Shown piece by piece: positions 18,798 to 28,470 of a stretch of DNA of 44,869 bases; within the stretch, counting starts at the first letter, position 1, and every line of letters begins with the position of its first letter. Source of the stretch: Propionibacteriaceae bacterium (GTDB lineage Bacteria; Actinomycetota; Actinomycetes; Propionibacteriales; Propionibacteriaceae); assembly GCA_009778535.1 (NCBI GenBank), contig WRJP01000001.1, positions 1-44,869 on the forward strand, written 5' to 3'. The position numbers and the translations under genes were made by a program. The notes beneath the pieces were generated by a model. The model saw only the letters and a list, made by a program, of their open reading frames with translations, had not been told where the DNA came from and made no database searches.

Positions 18798-19530
18798 CGC
18801 CACGAGCTTGGTAGTTCACGAAGGGTTGCAAGGTTTCGCCGATGGGTTCACGTATCGTCAAGCTAGCGCGGAAATCGATGCCAGTGGCCTGCTTGTTGAT
18901 TACCACTATGTGTTCCCCGCTAAAGTGATGCACCATCCCCGCCGCAGGATAAACGACCAGCGAAGTTCCGCCGACTATGAGAATGTCTGCGGTGCTTATC
19001 GCCTCAACAGCAGCTTGGGTTACGGCTGTATCGAGAGGTTCTTCGTACAAAACCACATCGGGACGCACTATCCCCCCACACGAATCACAAACCGGTACGC
19101 CTGTTGTCGCCGTTATTGCTTCTAGCCCGTAAGGCTTACCGCAGTCCACACAGTAGTTACGATGAACGCTGCCGTGCAGTTCGTAAACATTGCGCGAACC
19201 AGCAAGTTGGTGCAATCCATCGATATTTTGGGTGATGACCGCGTTCAGTTTTCCGGCTTGTTCAAGGCTAGCTAGCGCAAAATGGGCCGGATTGGGTTTT
19301 GCAGTTGGGTAAATCAAGTTGTTTCGATAGTAGTCAAAGAATTCTTGCGGGTGTTGTATGAAAAACGAATGGCTGACAATCTCGGCCGGATCATACTTGG
19401 TTTTGGACTTGCCAGCGTAAAGACCTTCAGCAGATCGAAAATCCGGGATTCCACTCTCGGTTGACACTCCGGCACCGCCGAAAAAGACGATTCGTCTGGC
19501 GTCAAGTATGATCTCGTCAAGGGTAATCAT
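18790..19530 (-). CDS. cobB: NAD-dependent protein deacylase (sirtuin)
   Basis: GAGVSTESGIPDFR, ITQNIDGLH, ELHGS, CxxC...CxxC, GTSL.VYPAA. Confidence 0.92.
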   Translation of the reverse strand: MITLDEIILDARRIVFFGGAGVSTESGIPDFRSAEGLYAGKSKTKYDPAEIVSHSFFIQHPQEFFDYYRNNLIYPTAKPNPAHFALASLEQAGKLNAVITQNIDGLHQLAGSRNVYELHGSVHRNYCVDCGKPYGLEAITATTGVPVCDSCGGIVRPDVVLYEEPLDTAVTQAAVEAISTADILIVGGTSLVVYPAAGMVHHFSGEHIVVINKQATGIDFRASLTIREPIGETLQPFVNYQARGDE

Positions 19531-19609
19531 GACCTCCAGACTACCCTGCTTCTCGCCTAAGATGCATTTGATTTTCGCATGACTTGCAGCACTGTCTTAG
19601 GATTGCCAC

Positions 19610-20179
19610 ATGGTCGAACCCGAAGTTGAAGCTACGTCGATTCCAACCTGGCAACTGTATTTCTACTACTTCATAATTGCCTCGGTATGCGGCTACATCT
19701 ACGAATACCTGCTGCTGACCTTCTACTATCACGACGAGTTTGTAAATCAAGGGCCGCTGCATGGCCCAATGTTGATTATCTACGGCATCGGCGGTGTGGT
19801 TTTGATCGCCGCACTACAGCGGCTGACCAAAAAACCGGTAAAAATCTGGAAAATCAACATAATGCCGCTGATCATCTCGGTGCTGATCGCTTTGATCGTT
19901 AGTGTCATTGAATACATCGGGCATTGGGTCGGCGAAACGTTCTATGGTCAAACCCTGTGGGATTACAGCGACAAGTTCTTGAACCTGAACGGTCGTATTT
20001 GCCTTGAAGATACTCTCAGATTTGTCGTCCTGGGACTTATCGCACTCTACATCGTGGTTCCGCTGATGGGAAAACTTCGCAGAAAAATAACAAAGCGTCA
20101 AAACTGGATTTTGTTTTCAATAGTTGCGTTAGTTTTCCTGATCGACGTTGGGTATTCCATCGTTTTTCCCATTAGCTGA
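19610..20179 (+). CDS. Membrane protein of the putative ABC-permease CmpB/TMEM229-like family
   Basis: FIIAS..GYIYE, G.L.GP..IYG.G, EY..H, LWDYS...NLNGRICL. Confidence 0.8.
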   Translation: MVEPEVEATSIPTWQLYFYYFIIASVCGYIYEYLLLTFYYHDEFVNQGPLHGPMLIIYGIGGVVLIAALQRLTKKPVKIWKINIMPLIISVLIALIVSVIEYIGHWVGETFYGQTLWDYSDKFLNLNGRICLEDTLRFVVLGLIALYIVVPLMGKLRRKITKRQNWILFSIVALVFLIDVGYSIVFPIS

Positions 20180-20377
20180 AACAGTTGAATCCTCGAGCTC
20201 GGCACGCACAGATTCCATAGTTTGTTCGTCGATGGTCGCCGTCATCTTTTCGAGGTCGATCTTTACCGGTTGCAGTCCTGGACCTGGATCGGGAATGATT
20301 TCAATGGTGTCTTTCTGGCGATCTTTTTCCAACCGCCAATGCCGCATCCCAGGGTCAAAGAGTTCACTGAAGCTCAT
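20129..20377 (-). CDS. Small hypothetical protein, DUF6191-like
   Basis: GGAGG RBS; ELFDPG.RH...EK.R...PGP....IDL pattern; 3' end overlaps the convergent gene by 51 bp. Confidence 0.6.
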   Translation of the reverse strand: MSFSELFDPGMRHWRLEKDRQKDTIEIIPDPGPGLQPVKIDLEKMTATIDEQTMESVRAELEDSTVSANGKNDGIPNVDQEN

Positions 20378-20522
20378 TGCCCTCCCTGTCCACGCCTTGC
20401 ACTTTGAGCTCCATGTTAGTCTTAACGACAAGTGAAATCACTTAGATGCACAGGTGAAAGCTATGGTTGGAGGCGGAATCGGTAGGCCGAAGAACCGCGA
20501 AGCTAAAAAAACAGGTCGAAAC

Positions 20523-21248
20523 ATGGCAATAACTATCATTTTGCTGCTCATAGGAACGGCGCTTTTGGTCAATACGATCTGGCAACTCACCAACTCGAAT
20601 GTCAACGAAGGCATTGTGGCACAAGGGCTGCTGGCCATACTTTTCCTCGGCTGTGCTGGGTTCGGGAACTATGCCCTCGTGCGCTGGCTGACCTGGGGAA
20701 CTGTGGCTGTAACGTTACTCGTCTGCGGATTTTCTATCTTCTTGCTAGTTCACGGAAGGGCAGACAATGTGACCGGCGATGAGGACGTGGTCATCGTATT
20801 AGGGGCAGCGGTGCTCGGTGATCGCGTTTCTCCAACTCTGGCGAACCGACTGGATGCTGCCTACCGGTTCTTCCAAGAACACCCGCAGGCTTTGATCGTC
20901 GTCTCTGGCGGGAAGGGCATGCAGGAACGGGTGAGTGAGGCTTCCGCAATGCGGGAATATCTGCTGGCTAAAGGAGTCAGCGATTCTCAAATTCGCCTTG
21001 AAGACAAAGCCACCTCAACAAGTGAGAATTTTGCCTTTTCCAAGGCGCTCTTAGATGCCGAACTTGGAGCAGGTTACAAAGTAGCTTTTGCGACTAGTGA
21101 CTACCATGTTTTCCGCTCCACCCAAATCGCCGTCGACCAAGGGTTAACGCCGACCCATTTGCATGCGCCGACACGCTGGTCGCTGCTGGTGTCAAGCTGC
21201 CTGCGTGAAACCGCCGTTTTGACAATCAATCAGATTACCGGCGGTTAA
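20523..21248 (+). CDS. YdcF/DUF218 family membrane-anchored protein
   Basis: IVLGA, L.NRLD.A, VSGG.G, SEA.AM, EDKATST.EN..FS, TSDYH.FR, RE. Confidence 0.9.
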   Translation: MAITIILLLIGTALLVNTIWQLTNSNVNEGIVAQGLLAILFLGCAGFGNYALVRWLTWGTVAVTLLVCGFSIFLLVHGRADNVTGDEDVVIVLGAAVLGDRVSPTLANRLDAAYRFFQEHPQALIVVSGGKGMQERVSEASAMREYLLAKGVSDSQIRLEDKATSTSENFAFSKALLDAELGAGYKVAFATSDYHVFRSTQIAVDQGLTPTHLHAPTRWSLLVSSCLRETAVLTINQITGG

Positions 21249-22468
21249 TCGCTGCCTGAAAGCTCTGTAGCGGGCTGTGAAGTGTTGCGCATCCGCACCG
21301 ACAGCACTACGGAAATCAGCCAAAAACCCGAACCAAGCAAAAACGCGGGTAGAAAACCGAAAGCGCTAGCTATTGCACCAGCTGCCAGCGGACCAACGAT
21401 AGAGCCTAGATCACCTGACATCGAGTAGATCGCAACCGCTCGATCTGCGCCGGTACCGGCGACATCTCCCAAGGTTGCAGCCGGAGCTGTACCGAGCAAG
21501 GCGGCGCCGACGGCGCTGAGCCCCAGCCAGGTGGCAAGCATCGCAATGTGCGTTGACCAAGGAACCATCGCTAGCGCTATCGCTGAAATGACGGCTCCAA
21601 CGATCATGGGAATTTTCCGTCCATATTTATCGGTCAAGTAGCCGCCAGGAAGAATCAAAGCTATTTGCACACCGGCTGCTATCGCCATCGCTATTCCAGT
21701 TTGAAGCGCGGCATCGGCTGGAGTCGTAGCCAGATAACCAATCACGAACAGCGGCACCAAGGTACTGCGGGTGCCGTTGTTGTTCCAACCCTGCACCAAA
21801 TGTGCAGCACAGGCGGCATGGAATCTCGTATCCCGAATCACTTCGCGCAGCGAACGTGCAGTTTGGGTATCAGATGCTGATGTTGTGACCTGTATCGATT
21901 TCAGTCCCAGTCCCACGGCCGCGGCTACTACCAGGGTGCCTGCGTAAAAGAAAAAGGGCATTTGTAGCGAAATTCGGGCAAACACTCCCCCAATTGCCGG
22001 ACCCAGAACCGCGCCTACTAGAAAACCTCCCTGATACATACCAGCCGCACGACCGCGCAGGTCAGAACCCACTGAAGCCAGTAATACTGTCATTCCTGAA
22101 ACCGAAAACATCGCAGAGCCAATCCCGCCGATGCCGCGCACCAAGATCAGCCACAGATAGTTTGGAGCCAGTCCGGTAAAGGCAGAGGAAACTGCCACGA
22201 TAAGAATTCCGGCAATCAGCACCCGGCGATGCCCGAAGCGATCATTCGCACGACCCACGAAACTTGCGGTTGCAAACCGCATGAGCGCGAATGCCGAGAT
22301 CACGGCTCCGGCCGCAAATTCATTTACCCCAAATGAGACCGCAAACATCGGAAGTACCGGAGCGACAACTCCAAACCCCACTGCCACCGCCAGCGAAATT
22401 CCACTCAATACCCAAACATTTCGCGGCATACATTCAACTCTCCGTCTCAGCTTCACGCTGGTTACCAC
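21245..22468 (-). CDS. MFS transporter
   Basis: ~12 hydrophobic segments; G..NDRFG.RR and G..TDKYGRK motif A copies; start may be ATG 22429. Confidence 0.9.
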   Translation of the reverse strand: MVTSVKLRRRVECMPRNVWVLSGISLAVAVGFGVVAPVLPMFAVSFGVNEFAAGAVISAFALMRFATASFVGRANDRFGHRRVLIAGILIVAVSSAFTGLAPNYLWLILVRGIGGIGSAMFSVSGMTVLLASVGSDLRGRAAGMYQGGFLVGAVLGPAIGGVFARISLQMPFFFYAGTLVVAAAVGLGLKSIQVTTSASDTQTARSLREVIRDTRFHAACAAHLVQGWNNNGTRSTLVPLFVIGYLATTPADAALQTGIAMAIAAGVQIALILPGGYLTDKYGRKIPMIVGAVISAIALAMVPWSTHIAMLATWLGLSAVGAALLGTAPAATLGDVAGTGADRAVAIYSMSGDLGSIVGPLAAGAIASAFGFLPAFLLGSGFWLISVVLSVRMRNTSQPATELSGSD

Positions 22469-22534
22469 CAGAAATACACTGGTTTATCAGAAACTTAGCG
22501 CTAACAGATCATCTCACGCCTGCCTCTGGCTCTG

Positions 22535-22600
22535 GTGAGACACGCGTGTTGAGTACCGACGTTAGCGTCGGTGTATCGAAACACAGGGTCGGTGTCTCAC
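22535..22600 (+). repeat. Family A hairpin repeat, best-preserved copy, inside an outer stem
   Basis: GTTGAGT-ACCGACG-TTAG-CGTCGGT-GTATCGAAAC (22548-22582) enclosed by GTGAGACAC/GTGTCTCAC. Confidence 0.85.
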
Positions 22601-22677
22601 AGAAACAAAGGGGTCATTTCCTCTGGAATATTCCAGAGCTGCGAACAACAGCGCCAAGGCTGTGGGAGAATTCTGTC

Positions 22678-23268
22678 ATGTTGATTCACATCGTGTATGC
22701 ACACCCGTCTGTCGAGTCGTTCACTCATGCAGTGTTGGAGCAATTCCTGGCCGGTGTAACCGAAGCAGGCATTGAATACTCCATCTCAGACTTGTACGAG
22801 CAGGGATTCCGCCCGGAGTTGACGCTGGACGAATATCACCTTGGCTACAAAAATGTTCCAGACGATTGTGTGCCACCCGATGTGGCGGCAGAGCGAGCGA
22901 AGCTGCTTGCAGCAGATATGTGGGCTTTCGTATATCCGGTGTGGTGGACGGATTGTCCGGCTATCTTGAAGGGCTGGTTTGATCGGGTGTGGACTGGATT
23001 CATCCCGAATGTGCTAGCAGAACCAGCAGCGAAGCGGGCATTCGTGCTTTGCACTGCGGGCAATAGTATCGAACGACTCACCGAGTTGGGCGAATACCAA
23101 GCGATGGAGACGGTCATGCTCACCGACCGGATCGCCCACCGTGCGGCAGTGAAATCTTTTCATGTATTTGATGGGTCAGCTGCATTTTCACCTGCCGAAT
23201 GGCATCAACTGAAGGTCGAGCACCTAGCCGAGGCACACCGTTTGGGTCGAGAAATCCAGGCCGCCTAG
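22678..23268 (+). CDS. NAD(P)H-dependent oxidoreductase, flavodoxin-2 fold
   Basis: IVYAHP...SF, DLY, YPVWW...PAILKGWFDRV; GGAG before ATG 22678. Confidence 0.9.
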   Translation: MLIHIVYAHPSVESFTHAVLEQFLAGVTEAGIEYSISDLYEQGFRPELTLDEYHLGYKNVPDDCVPPDVAAERAKLLAADMWAFVYPVWWTDCPAILKGWFDRVWTGFIPNVLAEPAAKRAFVLCTAGNSIERLTELGEYQAMETVMLTDRIAHRAAVKSFHVFDGSAAFSPAEWHQLKVEHLAEAHRLGREIQAA

Positions 23269-23287
23269 AGTCCGGTAGGCTCTAAGG

Positions 23288-24073
23288 GTGACTTCCGAGC
23301 AGCAGCTATCCGCTACCGAACCCGAATGGTGGGACGACCCTTCGCTACCTTGGAAGCATAAGCCAACCAAGACTGATCTGACCTGCTTCGCATGGCTAAG
23401 CGTGGTTGGTATCTACGGATTAGTGATGATGCCGCTGCGTCCCACACTGCTTGCCCTAATTCCGCAAGTTTTTGGCGCGATGGGTCACTACACCGGTCAG
23501 ATCATGTCGGGAGCACTCGCCGCCGTCGGCGATCCGTGGTGGCCGTTGATCTTGATCATCGGAACCTTCGGAACAATCAAGTTTGATTGGGTGTACTGGT
23601 GGGCTGGGAAGTTGTGGGGTCGGAATCTGATCGAAATCTGGTCGGGAACCTCGCAACGTACTCGTAAACGTAACGAAAGAGCCGAACGTTTTGCTCGTAA
23701 ATATGAGACGTTGGCGCTGCTGCTGGCCGCGATACCTATCTTTCCGCGCGGCGTGGTGCTGGTGGTACTCGGTGCGGCTGGCACCTCGTTTAAGAAATTC
23801 TTCCTAGTCAGTCTGCTCGGGGCGTTCTGCACTACGAGCGCGTACCTGAGTGTAGGTTATCTGATCGGAGAACCTGCGGTGGCCTTCATGGAGCAATACA
23901 GCCGCTATCTGCTTTGGGTGTCGGTGGCTATCACGGTTGGAATGCTAGTGGCGTATTTTTGGAAGAATCGGGAAACAACTTCCAAATCGCCAACAGATCA
24001 AGATTCCGCGATTCAACCTGATGCTGTCAGCGACACAGATTCTGCTGAAATAGGCGAGCAGCCTATACCTTGA
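23288..24073 (+). CDS. DedA/VTT-like membrane protein
   Basis: YWWAGKLWG, AERF..KY, G..G....KF, GY.IG pattern with multiple TM segments. Confidence 0.75.
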   Translation: MTSEQQLSATEPEWWDDPSLPWKHKPTKTDLTCFAWLSVVGIYGLVMMPLRPTLLALIPQVFGAMGHYTGQIMSGALAAVGDPWWPLILIIGTFGTIKFDWVYWWAGKLWGRNLIEIWSGTSQRTRKRNERAERFARKYETLALLLAAIPIFPRGVVLVVLGAAGTSFKKFFLVSLLGAFCTTSAYLSVGYLIGEPAVAFMEQYSRYLLWVSVAITVGMLVAYFWKNRETTSKSPTDQDSAIQPDAVSDTDSAEIGEQPIP

Positions 24074-24344
24074 CCCGCACCCCGAGACGCTTGGCAGTGC
24101 GCTCTTTCTGACGCGAAGTGCGCAGGCGGCGCAACCGCTTAATCATCAGCGGATCATAGGCAAGAGCCGCCGGATTGTCGATCAGGGCGTTGAGCAGTTG
24201 ATAGTAGCGGGTTGCCGAAATGTTGAAGTTTTCTCTGATTTCTGCCTCTTTGGAACCAGGTAGCGACCACCAAGACTTCTCGAAGTCCAAAACCTTGCGT
24301 TCTGTATCAGATAACGAGTTAATGTCGAATGCCACTTCAGCCAT
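24063..24344 (-). CDS. DUF3263 domain protein
   Basis: LDFE..WW...GSKE..IR..F..SATRYYQ.LN.LID...A...DP....RLRR.R. Confidence 0.9.
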   Translation of the reverse strand: MAEVAFDINSLSDTERKVLDFEKSWWSLPGSKEAEIRENFNISATRYYQLLNALIDNPAALAYDPLMIKRLRRLRTSRQKERTAKRLGVRVKV

Positions 24345-24350
24345 ACGTCA

Positions 24351-24374
24351 ATGATAAATCACATGGTTGTAATT
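24351..24374 (-). promoter_or_regulatory. Palindromic operator abutting the -10 of a probably leaderless DUF3263 promoter
   Basis: AATCACA-TGGT-TGTAATT (24357-24374); minus-strand TATCAT (24351-24356) lies 6 nt before the ATG. Confidence 0.65.
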
Positions 24375-24459
24375 CGCCATATCGTTATGGAAAATTTATA
24401 GTTGTCGCGCAGTTCAGATAGACTGCAAGATGGCTCAAAGCTGCAAAGAGGAGAAGCCT

Positions 24460-25650
24460 ATGCAGACGCTGAACGGGTCAGTCCAGCGCTATCCGTGGGG
24501 TACAACTGACGCTATCTTCAAGCTGTTGGGGCAAGCCAGTGACGGGGAACCACTCGCGGAGTACTGGCTGGGAGCGCATGTGTGCGCACCAGCGTCGACT
24601 CCTGAAGGCAACTTGGATGTGCTAATCGAACAGCATCCGCAGTGGTTGGGGACAGCCAGCCGCGAAACGTTTGGCTCACAGCTGCCTTTCTTGCTGAAAA
24701 TTCTTTCTGCCGCCCAACCGCTTTCACTGCAAGTTCATCCCGACCGGGAGCAGGCGCGCTCTGGTTTTGCACGGGAAAATGCAGCCGGAATCCCCATTGA
24801 CGCACCCGAGCGGATTTACTGCGATGACTGGCCAAAACCTGAAATACTCATCGCATTGGACACATTCGAGACGCTTTGCGGCTTTCGTGACCCGAAAAAA
24901 ACTGCGGCGCTGATCTCTGGTTTGGGAATCGCTGACGAGCTATCATCGATCATCAGGCCACTGGTTGAACGAAAAGGTGACGCGGGGTTGGCTCAAGTGT
25001 TCCTAGACATCCTCAGTTTGGAGGGTGAGCGGAACCATATCGTCGATGTCTGCGCTGCCGCGGCCATGAATCATGCCAAGGATGAAGGGTCGGTAGGTGA
25101 TTTAGCGCGCACCATCATCGAACTCGATGATGTGTTCGGTAAAGATCGCGGCATCTTGGCTGCTATCTTGCTAAACAAGGTCACGCTAGCGCCTGGAGAA
25201 GCCGTTTACGTTGCTCCAGGACAGATGCATTCACATCTGCGCGGCACCGGCATTGAAGTGATGGCCAGTTCGGATAACGTGATTAGAGGCGGGCTGACGC
25301 GCAAACACATTGACGCCCAAGAGCTGATCAACGTTGCGGATTTCACGTCGACCAAGACAAAGATGCTGCGACCAGCGCAAAAACGCTCCGGTGTGAGTCA
25401 TTACAAAACCCCGAATCCCGAATTCGACGTTTGGAAAGTCCAAGTCAGCCCGGAGCGCGGCGAGATTCGGCTGCCAGGAAAGCGCTCGGCGCGTATCATC
25501 TTGGCGATTTCTGGCGACTTGCGCATCGCTAGTCAAGGAGCAGAACTCAATCTTGTGAAAGGCCAAGCTGCATTTCTTTATGCCGATGAGGTAGACGCCA
25601 ACGTCAGCGGCTCTGGTGTTCTTTTCGTCACAGCTTCCGGTGTGCGGTAA
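24460..25650 (+). CDS. manA: Mannose-6-phosphate isomerase, class I
   Basis: Y.WG, AEYWLGAH, LPFLLKIL.A..PLSLQVHP, KPE, EVMASSDNVIRGGLT.KH; GAGGAG RBS. Confidence 0.95.
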   Translation: MQTLNGSVQRYPWGTTDAIFKLLGQASDGEPLAEYWLGAHVCAPASTPEGNLDVLIEQHPQWLGTASRETFGSQLPFLLKILSAAQPLSLQVHPDREQARSGFARENAAGIPIDAPERIYCDDWPKPEILIALDTFETLCGFRDPKKTAALISGLGIADELSSIIRPLVERKGDAGLAQVFLDILSLEGERNHIVDVCAAAAMNHAKDEGSVGDLARTIIELDDVFGKDRGILAAILLNKVTLAPGEAVYVAPGQMHSHLRGTGIEVMASSDNVIRGGLTRKHIDAQELINVADFTSTKTKMLRPAQKRSGVSHYKTPNPEFDVWKVQVSPERGEIRLPGKRSARIILAISGDLRIASQGAELNLVKGQAAFLYADEVDANVSGSGVLFVTASGVR

Positions 25651-25662
25651 CCCCACCTGGGG

Positions 25663-25735
25663 AGCCTCCAATCGGATTCGAACCGATGACCTTTCGCTTA
25701 CAAGGCGAATGCTCTACCAACTGAGCTATAGAGGC
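25663..25735 (-). tRNA. tRNA-Thr (anticodon UGU)
   Basis: GCCTCTATAGCTCAGTTGGTAGAGCATTCGCCTTGTAAGCGAAAGGTCATCGGTTCGAATCCGATTGGAGGCT; full cloverleaf; CCA not directly after the discriminator. Confidence 0.97.
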
Positions 25736-25780
25736 CAGAACGCAAAAAGCATACAGCAATTTTTAAAATCAACGATCGAT

Positions 25781-25816
25781 GTTTTGACATACTGCCTGCG
25801 GCAGCGCTCAACCAGC
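25781..25816 (-). repeat. Family A hairpin repeat, variant copy downstream of rplO
   Basis: + strand GTTTTGACAT-ACTGCC-TGC-GGCAGC-GCTCAACCAGC. Confidence 0.7.
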
Positions 25817-25826
25817 AGGCTCGGAG

Positions 25827-26267
25827 TCACAGTTCGGTGACGGAACCGCCTGCTGCTTCGATCTTGGTTTTCGCTGAAGCGGAGAAAGCGTTAGCACTGA
25901 CCTGTACCGGCACTGAAATCTCGCCGTTGCCCAGGATTTTCACCAACATGCCTTCACGCACTGCGCCTTTGGCGACCAGCTCGTCCACGTTAACCTGTCC
26001 CCCATCAGGGAAAAGCTCACCAATACGAGCCACATTGACTACCTGATACTCCACGCGGAAAGGATTCTTGAAACCCCGCAACTTCGGAAGCCGCATATGC
26101 AAAGGCATCTGCCCGCCCTCAAAATTCGGAGGGGTGTTCTTACGCGCTCCAGTACCCTTCGTACCTCGACCCGCAGTCTTACCCTTAGAGGCTTCACCGC
26201 GACCAACACGAGTCTTAGGAGTGTGTGCGCCTGGAACCGGACGCAGGTGATGAACTCGCAGCGTCAT
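25827..26267 (-). CDS. rplO: 50S ribosomal protein L15
   Basis: [31 protein letters not shown]. Confidence 0.97.
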   Translation of the reverse strand: MTLRVHHLRPVPGAHTPKTRVGRGEASKGKTAGRGTKGTGARKNTPPNFEGGQMPLHMRLPKLRGFKNPFRVEYQVVNVARIGELFPDGGQVNVDELVAKGAVREGMLVKILGNGEISVPVQVSANAFSASAKTKIEAAGGSVTEL

Positions 26268-26268
26268 C

Positions 26269-26472
26269 TCACTCACCCTCCTCAATGATCGTCACCAAAT
26301 GCGGAATCGAATCGACCATGCCACGAATCTCGGGGCGATCTTCCTTTTCAACAACCTGCCCAATCCGGCGCAGCCCCAAAGCCTTCAAAGTACCGCGCTG
26401 GCTACAGTTGCCACCAATACCCGACTTAATCTGCTTCACCTTGATGGTGGTGTTTTCCTTCTTCGTAGCCAC
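26269..26472 (-). CDS. rpmD: 50S ribosomal protein L30
   Basis: KVKQIKS.IG....QR.TL.ALGLRRI; GTG overlaps the rpsE TAG. Confidence 0.93.
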   Translation of the reverse strand: MATKKENTTIKVKQIKSGIGGNCSQRGTLKALGLRRIGQVVEKEDRPEIRGMVDSIPHLVTIIEEGE

Positions 26473-27089
26473 TATGCCTTCGTTCCTTCCCACGCCCGCA
26501 AAATCGCAGCAGGAGTGACCTCCTCGACCGGAAGCCCACGACGAGTCGCCACAGCATCCGGGTTTTCCAAAGAGTGCAACGCCGCCAAAGTCGCATGCAC
26601 GACATTCAACGCGTTATCTGAACCCAACGACTTAGCCAGCACATCCTTCACACCCGCGCACTCCAAAACCGCACGCACCGAGCCACCAGCAATAACCCCA
26701 GTACCAGGAGAAGCCGGACGCAACATGACCACACCAGCGGCCTTCTCGCCCTGAATCGGGTGCGGAATCGTACCTTGAATCCGTGGCACCCTAAAGAACT
26801 GCTTCTTCGCTTCTTCAACGCCCTTGGCAATCGCAGCTGGAACTTCCTTGGCCTTCCCATAACCAACGCCTACCAAACCATCGCCGTCGCCAACCACAAC
26901 TAACGCTGTGAAACTGAAACGCCGACCGCCCTTGACGACCTTAGCGACGCGGTTAATCGCAACCACCCGCTCCAAATATGGGCTTTTCTCTTTCTCGGCA
27001 ACTGGTTCGCGGTTACGGCGATCCTCACGGCCACGACGCTCAGACGGCTCCCGTCCTTCGCCGCGTCCACCTCGTGTATTAGTATTCAC
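26472..27089 (-). CDS. rpsE: 30S ribosomal protein S5
   Basis: [24 protein letters not shown]. Confidence 0.97.
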   Translation of the reverse strand: MNTNTRGGRGEGREPSERRGREDRRNREPVAEKEKSPYLERVVAINRVAKVVKGGRRFSFTALVVVGDGDGLVGVGYGKAKEVPAAIAKGVEEAKKQFFRVPRIQGTIPHPIQGEKAAGVVMLRPASPGTGVIAGGSVRAVLECAGVKDVLAKSLGSDNALNVVHATLAALHSLENPDAVATRRGLPVEEVTPAAILRAWEGTKA

Positions 27090-27107
27090 AGATAACCTTC
27101 TTCCGCC

Positions 27108-27491
27108 TCAGAATCCCAGTCCAGCTTCACGCGCACTGTCAGCCAGCGCCGCAATTCGGCCATGATATTTATTGCCTGCCCTATCAAAGACAACCACCTC
27201 AACACCAGCAGCTTTCGCCCTATCGGCCAACAGCTTCCCAACTTGCTTTGCCTTAGCTGACTTATCTCCGCTAGCGCCGCGAACCGCAGCCTCCATCGAA
27301 GAAGCACTAACCAACGTCAAACCGCGAGTATCGTCAATGACTTGAGCACTGATATGACGCGACGACCTGGTAACCACCAGACGCGGACGCTCCGGCGTGC
27401 CCTTGATACTCTTACGCAGCCGATTTTGCCGACGCGTCTTAGCATGAGTGCGATCTGCCAGCTTCTTGCCAATTCGCAAAGTGATAGCCAT
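27108..27491 (-). CDS. rplR: 50S ribosomal protein L18
   Basis: GT.ERPRLVV.RS, VVFDR.G..YHGR. Confidence 0.97.
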   Translation of the reverse strand: MAITLRIGKKLADRTHAKTRRQNRLRKSIKGTPERPRLVVTRSSRHISAQVIDDTRGLTLVSASSMEAAVRGASGDKSAKAKQVGKLLADRAKAAGVEVVVFDRAGNKYHGRIAALADSAREAGLGF

Positions 27492-28033
27492 CACTTACCA
27501 GCCTTTCCAGCCTTGCGGCGTATTCTCTCACCTGAATAACGCACACCCTTGCCCTTATACGGCTCCGGCTTGCGAATCTTACGGATCTTTGCGGCCACTT
27601 CGCCCACAAGCTGTTTGTCGATACCACTGACCGAAAAACGGGTATTGGATTCGACAGCGAACGTGATGCCCTCGGGTGCGTCAACAATCACCGGATGCGA
27701 AAACCCTAAAGCAAACTCAAGTTGTTGCGGGCTTTTTTGGATAACACGATAACCCACACCAACAATCTCAAGTTTCTTCTCATAACCATCAGTGACGCCG
27801 GTGACCATATTCGCCACCAAAGTCCGAGTCAAACCATGCAACGCCCGATTCTGACGCTCATCATTGGGGCGAGTTACCTCTAACTGACCCTCATCATTGC
27901 GAGCAACCCTAATCGGTTCTACAACCTGATGGTTCAAAACACCTTTCGGCCCTTTCACCTGCACGCTCTGGCCATCCAGCGTTATATCAACACCAGTTGG
28001 GATGGCGATTGGAAGCCTGCCAATACGAGACAC
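27491..28033 (-). CDS. rplF: 50S ribosomal protein L6
   Basis: [20 protein letters not shown]. Confidence 0.97.
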   Translation of the reverse strand: MSRIGRLPIAIPTGVDITLDGQSVQVKGPKGVLNHQVVEPIRVARNDEGQLEVTRPNDERQNRALHGLTRTLVANMVTGVTDGYEKKLEIVGVGYRVIQKSPQQLEFALGFSHPVIVDAPEGITFAVESNTRFSVSGIDKQLVGEVAAKIRKIRKPEPYKGKGVRYSGERIRRKAGKAGK

Positions 28034-28045
28034 AACAAACTCCTT

Positions 28046-28453
28046 TCACCACACGTAGGCGATAACTTCGCCGCCCACAGCTTTAGCTTTCGCATCTTTG
28101 TCAGTCAACAAACCTTGCGAAGTCGAAATGATAGCCACACCCAAACCACCAAGTACTTTCGGCAACGCCGTCGATTTCGCATAAACCCGCAAACCAGGCT
28201 TGGAAATACGGCGCAGTCCAGCAATTGAACGCTGCCGGTTCGGGCCGTACTTCAAAGTCAAAGTCAAAGTCTTACCAACCTCATTTTCCTTCGGTTCGGC
28301 AACACTGAAATCGGCGATATAACCCTGAGCTTTCAGAATTTCAGCAATTCCAACTTTGATTTTTGAATGCGGCATCGACGTTGAGTCGTGGAATGCCTGG
28401 TTGGCATTACGCAGACGCGTTAGCATATCTGCGATTGGATCAGTCATTGTCAT
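28046..28453 (-). CDS. rpsH: 30S ribosomal protein S8
   Basis: [34 protein letters not shown]. Confidence 0.97.
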   Translation of the reverse strand: MTMTDPIADMLTRLRNANQAFHDSTSMPHSKIKVGIAEILKAQGYIADFSVAEPKENEVGKTLTLTLKYGPNRQRSIAGLRRISKPGLRVYAKSTALPKVLGGLGVAIISTSQGLLTDKDAKAKAVGGEVIAYVW

Positions 28454-28470
28454 GACATCGATTTCCTTCT

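Noticed and set aside
18259-19125. 288-aa plus-strand ORF
   Set aside because: Antisense to thpR and cobB, both with clear motifs; no recognisable features itself.
22548-22582. Family A repeat as a hammerhead ribozyme (UGAG-stem-CGAAAC look-alike)
   Set aside because: The CUGANGA core is absent in every copy and no consistent stem I/III or cleavage triplet is seen.
22291-22677. N-terminal extension of the oxidoreductase to 325 aa
   Set aside because: Overlaps the MFS gene antisense and runs through a repeat; family homology and RBS begin at 22678.
25651-25740. tRNA-Thr as an integration site for an island
   Set aside because: No integrase and no duplicated tRNA 3' end noticed in the window; manA abuts it directly.
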